A stretch of 64,000 nt of DNA from an uncultured Chloroflexia bacterium (lineage in GTDB: Bacteria; Chloroflexota; Dehalococcoidia; Dehalococcoidales; UBA2162). Positions 58,848 to 64,000 of this stretch are shown piece by piece. Both the position numbers and the translations under genes were made by a program. Within the stretch, counting starts at the first letter, position 1. Every line of letters begins with the position of its first letter. The notes beneath the pieces were generated by a model that saw nothing but the letters and a program-made list of their open reading frames with translations, was not told the origin of the DNA and ran no database searches. Location of the stretch: NCBI GenBank assembly GCA_963739865.1, contig CAVUCA010000011.1, forward strand, positions 25,028 to 89,027, given 5' to 3'.

Positions 58848-59858
58848 CTACATTTTAAGCAGGATTTTAACAGACTTTCCCTGCTTATGCATTTCGAAGG
58901 CTTTGGCCACGTCCGCCAAAGGCACGATATCCGTGGTCAGCGATTTTACATCGATAACCGACAATAGTTCCAGTGCCCGGGGGAAGCAATAGGGCGACAG
59001 GAAAACGGAGCGGATGGTCAATTCATACTGGTACATATAGAAAGGCGGGACTTCGATACGGGCGTCGCCGGGGTAAACCGAAGCCCAGACTACGGTGCCG
59101 CCTTTATCCGCCAGGGTGAGGGCCTGTTTCGCCACGGCAGCTTTACCCGAGACATCGATCACGGAACGGAAGCCGCGGCCGCCGGTATACTGCTTAGCGA
59201 TCTCTTCCAGGTTTTCCTTAAGGGGGTTGACGGCCAGGGTGGCGCCCAGTTTGAGCGCCAGTTCTCTTTTCTCCGGGATGGGTTCTGAGACCAGGACCTT
59301 CACTGCCCCGGCGCGCACCGCCAACTGGAGTGCCAGCAGGCCGATGGGGCCGCCGCCGAGGATGGCCACGGAACCGCCGGTACTGATATTGGCGATATCG
59401 ATGACATGGACAGCGATGGAGGTCGGTTCGAGGAAAGCACCGGTTTCAAAGCTGATACCGGCCGGGAGATGATACACCGAGCTTTCCTTATATACAGCAT
59501 AGTCAGCATAGGAACCGGAAGCCGCCAGGGGATTTTCGCAGAAATTCTCCATGCGGCTGCGGCAGTAAAAGCAGGTACCGCAGGGGCTGCGGAAGTTGCA
59601 GGCTACACGGTCGCCCACTTTAAAATGGCGGACATTTTTCCCCACCGCCACCACGGTACCCGAAGCTTCATGGCCGGGTATATGAACCGTATCCGGGGTC
59701 CACTCGGGCGGGGCGAAATGACCTTCCACGATCTCGGGGTCGGTGCCGCAGATACCGCAGTAAGCGATTTTTACCTTGACTTCATCGGCCGCGGGCTGCG
59801 GTTCGGGGACATCTTCGACGATTATCACATTCGGAGCTTTCAGGACAGCAGCTTTCAT
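58848..59858 (-). CDS. zinc-dependent alcohol dehydrogenase (MDR family)
   Basis: CGICGTD, GHEASGTV, GGGPIGLLA motifs. Confidence 0.9.
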   Translation of the reverse strand: MKAAVLKAPNVIIVEDVPEPQPAADEVKVKIAYCGICGTDPEIVEGHFAPPEWTPDTVHIPGHEASGTVVAVGKNVRHFKVGDRVACNFRSPCGTCFYCRSRMENFCENPLAASGSYADYAVYKESSVYHLPAGISFETGAFLEPTSIAVHVIDIANISTGGSVAILGGGPIGLLALQLAVRAGAVKVLVSEPIPEKRELALKLGATLAVNPLKENLEEIAKQYTGGRGFRSVIDVSGKAAVAKQALTLADKGGTVVWASVYPGDARIEVPPFYMYQYELTIRSVFLSPYCFPRALELLSVIDVKSLTTDIVPLADVAKAFEMHKQGKSVKILLKM

Positions 59859-60083
59859 GACTCATTACCTCCATTGACCAATGCCCGCGTATTATAACAT
59901 TGCCTTTCCGTTTTAGGAAACCTCCATCAAAGTTGACAATAAGGCTGGAAAGTAGCAAAATGGCATTTGGTGCTTAAACAGCACAAAAATCCACAATAAA
60001 TTCAGTTGAATCTCGTCTGACGGCCGTAGTTATACTGGAATTTCGAACGCAGGCGCGTCAATTAAGGAACAGGAGGCTAGAGA

Positions 60084-61290
60084 ATGCCGTTTCAATTATC
60101 TCCCGCTGAGGAGATGGCCCGTAAAATCGCCCAGGAATATACGGAGAGGTACATCATCCCCCGCCGTAAGGAACTGATGAAAGACGACCGTGCCATGTGG
60201 GAAGAAGAGGCAATCAGGCAGAACAAATTCGGTTTCCATCTACATATCGTCCCCCGGAATGAAGGGGGCACCGGCCTCGGTTACGTCGCCAGCATCGTCT
60301 CCATCGAAGAATTATGCGCCGGCTGGCCGGACCTGCAGTTCGTAACATACGGCGAAATGGCTTACTATTTTGTAAAGGCCACCGGTGGGCGAAGTCGCCA
60401 AGAAATTCACCCCCGGTATCATCACCGGCGATATCAAAGCCACGACCGTGGTCACCGAACCCAGCGGCGGGTCCGATATGCTGGGGCTGCGCTCCTCCGC
60501 CCGCAAAGTAGAAGGCGGCTGGATATTGAACGGACGCAAATGCTTTATCAGCGAAGCGCCGTGCACCGATTTCATCATGACACTGGTCAAGACGGGCGAT
60601 CCGAATGACCCGGCGACCAGGGGCACCCGCTCGTTGAGCGCCTTCATTGTCGAGAAAGGCATGCCCGGTTACCGCATGGGCCGCATGGAAAATACCCTGG
60701 GCCGTGACGATGACCTGGCGGAAATCATCTTCGATAACGTATTCGTCCCGGACTCTAACCTGGTAGGGCAGGTCGGGCGGGGCATCCCGCCGGTCTTCTC
60801 CGCCGTGGCCGATACCGGGCGGATGACCATCTTCGGCATGTTGAACGGTATCACATTAGGTTGTTACCGGTGTTCCGTGAAGTATGCCAAGGAACGGAAA
60901 CTGTACGGACGCTCCATTTCCGAATTCCAGGCCATCCAGCACCGTATCGCCGACATCGCCATCGACCTGGAAGCTTCCCGGCTGCTGACCTACCGCGCCG
61001 GCGCCCAGCGGACCAAAGGTATGAAAGTCGAAGGCGAACTAGCCATTGCCAAATACTTCTCGACCCAGGCAGCCTTACGGGCATCGTTACATGCCGTGAA
61101 CATTCATGGCGCTTACGGGGTATCGGAGGACTATATGCCGTACCACTACTACAAGCATGCTCCTCTCCGGATCGGCGCCGGTGGTACCGATGAATTGATG
61201 AAGAATATGGTAGCCGCTTCCGCTCTGGCTGATGCCAACCCGGACCTGAGCAATAAGCCGATGGAAGAATCATATTTCGGCACCTGGTAA
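60084..61290 (+). pseudogene. acyl-CoA dehydrogenase, one frameshift
   Basis: …YYFVKATGG / EVAKKFTPGIITGDIKATTVVTEPSGGSD…. The junction is at the GGG at 60387-60389. The C-terminal ACAD helices are present (QHRIADIAIDLEASRLL). Confidence 0.85.
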
Positions 61291-61318
61291 TAATAAAGGA
61301 AAATCTGGAGGAGCGAAC

Positions 61319-62168
61319 ATGCGACCTTTAAATATGATAATTTGCGTAAAACCCGTCCCGGACTCAAGGTACTGGGACAAATTAAGTATCGACCCTAAGA
61401 CCAAGACACTCAAGCGGGAAGGGATTCCCATCGTGATCAGCCCGCTGGACAAGAACGCCATCGAAGAAGCCCTGCGGATTAAAGAAAAATGCGGCGGCAA
61501 GGTCAGCGTCATCAGCATGGGCCCGCCCAACACTACGGAAGTGCTGGCGATGGCCTACGCCCTGGGGGTAGACGAAGCCATCCTGCTGTCCGACCGGGCT
61601 TTCGCCGGGGCCGATACCCTGGCTACCGCGGCGGCGCTGGGCACGGGCATCAAGAAACTGGGGAATTTCGACCTGGTAATGTTCGGCAACGAAAGCCTCG
61701 ACGGCAGTCCACCGGCCAGGTGGGGCCGCAGGTGGCCGAATTCCTGGGTATTCCCAGCCTTACCCGGGTGGAGAAAGATCGAGGTCGTCGATGACGCCAC
61801 CATCCGCGCCCGGAGCAGGATCGAGGGCGGTTACATGGTTACCGAGATTAAACTTCCGGCCGCCTTGGCCGTCACCAAGGACATCAACGAAGTCCGGCTG
61901 ATGCCGGTTTTCGGCGCCCTGTGGGCCACCGAAAAGCAGACCAAGGTGATGTCGGCCACCGATGTTAATGCCAACAAAGAACAGATCGGGACGCCGGGTT
62001 CCCCGACGTGGGTCTCGGATGTTACCAGTATCGATATGGCCCGGAAGGGCGAAGTCATCAAGGGCGAAGCCGGCAGAAGTAGCCCGTAAACTGGTCGAAA
62101 AGTTGAAAGCCGCCGGCGTACTTGCCCGGAAGCATAACCCGGGCCAGGCGATAGGAGAAAGAAATTGA
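61319..62168 (+). pseudogene. etfB: electron transfer flavoprotein beta subunit, three frameshifts
   Basis: MIICVKPVPD opening. A ~23-codon segment (61708-61775) reads correctly only in another frame (STGQVGPQVAEFLGIPSLTRVEK). A third shift near 62066-62075 leads to …PAEVARKLVEKLKAAGVL. Confidence 0.85.
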
Positions 62169-63170
62169 ATATTGCAGATTATAAAGGAATTTGGATCTTC
62201 GCTGAACAGCGAGACGGAAAACTAGCGGACGTCGCCTTCGAAATGCTGGGGGGCGCCCTGAAAATGGCCAAGAAGACCAAAGAAGAAGTCAGCGCCGTGC
62301 TCCTGGGAGACAAAGTTACGGCGTTAGCCGACGAACTGGCGGCTTACGGTGCCGATAAGGTTTACGTCGCCGACAGCCCGGTATTGAAACAATACACCAA
62401 CGAAACTTATGCCCCCGATTCTGGCAGCGCTGGTCGAGAAACACAAACCCAGTATCTTCATCATGGGCGGCACCAGCCTGGGCATGGACCTGGCACCGCG
62501 GGTGGCGGCCAAAGCCGGCACCGGCCTTTCCGCCCATGCCGTGGATGTGGATATCGATAAGAACGGCTACATGGTAGCCTTCATCCCCTCCTTCGGCGGC
62601 AGCGTGATGGCACAGATCACCTGCGACAAGCGCTGCCCGCAGATGTCGACCATCCCCGCCGGCTTCCTGCCGAAACCGGAGAAACAGAGCGGCAAGAAAG
62701 CGGTCATCGAGAAGGTCGCCGTCAATATCGACCAGGCCAAGTTGAAGACCAAAGTAGTAGAAGTCTTCCACGACGCACCCAAGTCCAAGCCGTTAAACCA
62801 GGCCGAGGTAGTCATCTGCGGCGGTTACGGCATCGGTAGCAAGGACAACTGGAAGATGGTGGAACAACTGGCCGCAAGGCTGAACGGCAGCGTGGGCGCG
62901 ACCCGGCCCGCTTGCGACGAAGGCTGGGCCAGCCTGGAAGACCAGATGGTCGGCCAGAGCGGCAAGACCATCCGGCCCAAGCTGTACATCGGTATCGGCA
63001 TTTCCGGGGCCATGCACCACCTGATCGGCATCAAGGACTCCAAGGTCATCGTCGCCATCAATGCCGACGAAAAGGCACCCATTGCCGCGGCTTCGGACTA
63101 CGTAGCCGTAGGCGATTACAAGCAGATCCTGCCTGCCCTGATGCAGGAACTGGCAACTGCTAAGAAATAA
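62165..63170 (+). pseudogene. etfA: electron transfer flavoprotein alpha subunit, one frameshift
   Basis: TTG 62165 after GGAGA. …NETYAP / ILAALVEKHKPSIFIMGG… with the junction at the C5 run at 62412-62416. C-terminal FAD motif IGISGAMHHLIG. Confidence 0.85.
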
Positions 63171-63194
63171 CAAATTTTCTACGATTGATTAATA

Positions 63195-63226
63195 AAAGGG
63201 GCATACCTGTTTCGGTATGCCCCTTT
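63195..63226 (+). terminator. rho-independent terminator after etfA
   Basis: AAAGGGGCATACC, 6 nt, GGTATGCCCCTTT (13-bp stem), then a T-rich tail. Confidence 0.75.
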
Positions 63227-63327
63227 AGTTTTCGTATGCCAAGCATACAAACCTTGTATCATCATCCTTATGATAGTAATATCTATAAGAATTTATCTTT
63301 ACCGCTAAACATCACCGGAGGAACACG

Positions 63328-63516
63328 ATGGGTAAAATACACATTCATGAAATCGAAGTCAGGATGACCGAAGACCGCGAAACGGTGGAAAAATTTCTGA
63401 ACTCCCTTGAAGGAGAAGTGATAGCTGTCATCCCAAATGTGCATAATATATGGGGATCAAATCAGGTAGGGATTGACTTTTTATGGGTAGTGGAGAGAGA
63501 AACAGGAGAATCGTAA
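63328..63516 (+). CDS. hypothetical small protein
   Basis: 62 aa, GGAGG 6 nt upstream of the ATG. No family recognised. Confidence 0.45.
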   Translation: MGKIHIHEIEVRMTEDRETVEKFLNSLEGEVIAVIPNVHNIWGSNQVGIDFLWVVERETGES

Positions 63517-63584
63517 TATTACCTTTGACTGTATTGTCAGCTACGATATAATAAGTTATCATCAAGTATTCAGAGGATACTAGT

Positions 63585-63812
63585 ATGAAACTATACAACT
63601 ATACCGTGGTATTCGAGCCGGTCCCTGAAGGCGGTTATAATGTCGTGGTTCCGGCGATACCGGAAATCGTTACCTTCGGAGAAACGCTAGAAGAAGCAAA
63701 AGCCAATGCCAGAGAGGCCATATCATGTTATCTAGAAAGTGCGGTGAAAGCCAAGGAAAGCATCCCCAAAGACCGTAAACCTGCCATCGAGAAGATAGCC
63801 ATCGAGATGTAA
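63585..63812 (+). CDS. hicB: HicB-like antitoxin (UPF0150)
   Basis: YTVVFEPVPEGGYNVVVPAIPEIVTFGETLEEAKANAREAI is the classic HicB N-domain pattern. Confidence 0.85.
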   Translation: MKLYNYTVVFEPVPEGGYNVVVPAIPEIVTFGETLEEAKANAREAISCYLESAVKAKESIPKDRKPAIEKIAIEM

Positions 63813-63815
63813 TAG

Positions 63816-64000
63816 ATGACCAGGCTACCCGCGATTCAGGGGCATGAACTATTACGCATCTTGCTCAAAGCGGGTTTCTACATTCACCATCAAAAGGGCA
63901 GTCATACCCGACTTTTTCATAACACCAAACCAGGACTGCATATCACTATTCCAGTGCACCATAAAGACTTGCCAGAGAGAACTCTCAGGTCAGTAATTAA
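63816..64000 (+). CDS. hicA: HicA-like mRNA interferase toxin, truncated by the window edge
   Basis: ATG 63816 gives MTRLPAIQGHELLRILLKAGFYIHHQKGSHTRLFHNTKPGLHITIPVHHKDLPERTLRSVI… (GSH motif). Confidence 0.8.
   Translation, partial: MTRLPAIQGHELLRILLKAGFYIHHQKGSHTRLFHNTKPGLHITIPVHHKDLPERTLRSVI

Noticed and set aside
40751-63170. Programmed ribosomal frameshifting as the explanation for the many frame changes
   Set aside because: The junctions lack a common slippery heptamer or downstream structure. They occur in unrelated housekeeping-type enzymes, include both +1 and -1 shifts, and sit mostly in plain homopolymers.
1-64000. Riboswitches, T-boxes, rRNA, tmRNA, RNase P or SRP RNA
   Set aside because: I scanned the leaders of dxs, the ABC and MFS transporters, the aminotransferase and the acyl-CoA dehydrogenase for the conserved cores I know and found none. 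This is a by-eye search and cannot exclude them.

Overview
64-kb bacterial chromosomal segment with about 60 protein genes, one tRNA (Val-CAC), no rRNA and no CRISPR. The gene content points to an anaerobic heterotroph: tungsten-type aldehyde:ferredoxin oxidoreductase, an AprAB-like flavoprotein/ferredoxin pair, an acyl-CoA dehydrogenase with EtfBA, a split transketolase, nitroreductase, a radical SAM enzyme and GH67 alpha-glucuronidase. The short intergenic palindromic modules remind me of uncultured Chloroflexota-type MAGs, but that is only a guess.

Layout:
- 1-34.1 kb is moderate or low GC and mostly intact. It holds a dxs/polyprenyl synthase operon, a PadR plus two ABC exporter halves, a lipoprotein serpin, a YtrA-type GntR/ABC-2 operon, a radical SAM plus AKR-ferredoxin pair, an orphan 819-aa HerA/FtsK-like ATPase, GH67 and tRNA-Val.
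- 34.1-63.2 kb is clearly GC-richer. Its intergenic regions are crowded with several families of short palindromic/MITE-like modules, and it carries most of the at least 19 single-nucleotide frameshifts I can place by eye. Those frameshifts affect 13 conserved genes in total.
- Two AT-rich islets (32.6-34.1 kb and 53.8-56.4 kb) carry paralogous copies of a protein domain I cannot assign to any family.

Other notable items:
- An ECF sigma/anti-sigma/VWA-lipoprotein module has a duplicated ~30-nt promoter-like motif.
- An intact GIY-YIG gene is bracketed by ~141-bp direct repeats.
- Two genes carry in-frame nonsense codons: a GIY-YIG remnant beside tRNA-Val and a VKOR homologue.
- There is a strongly signalled 38-codon ORF.
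- A hicB-hicA pair lies at the right edge.

All family calls come from motif recognition by eye. No database search was run.
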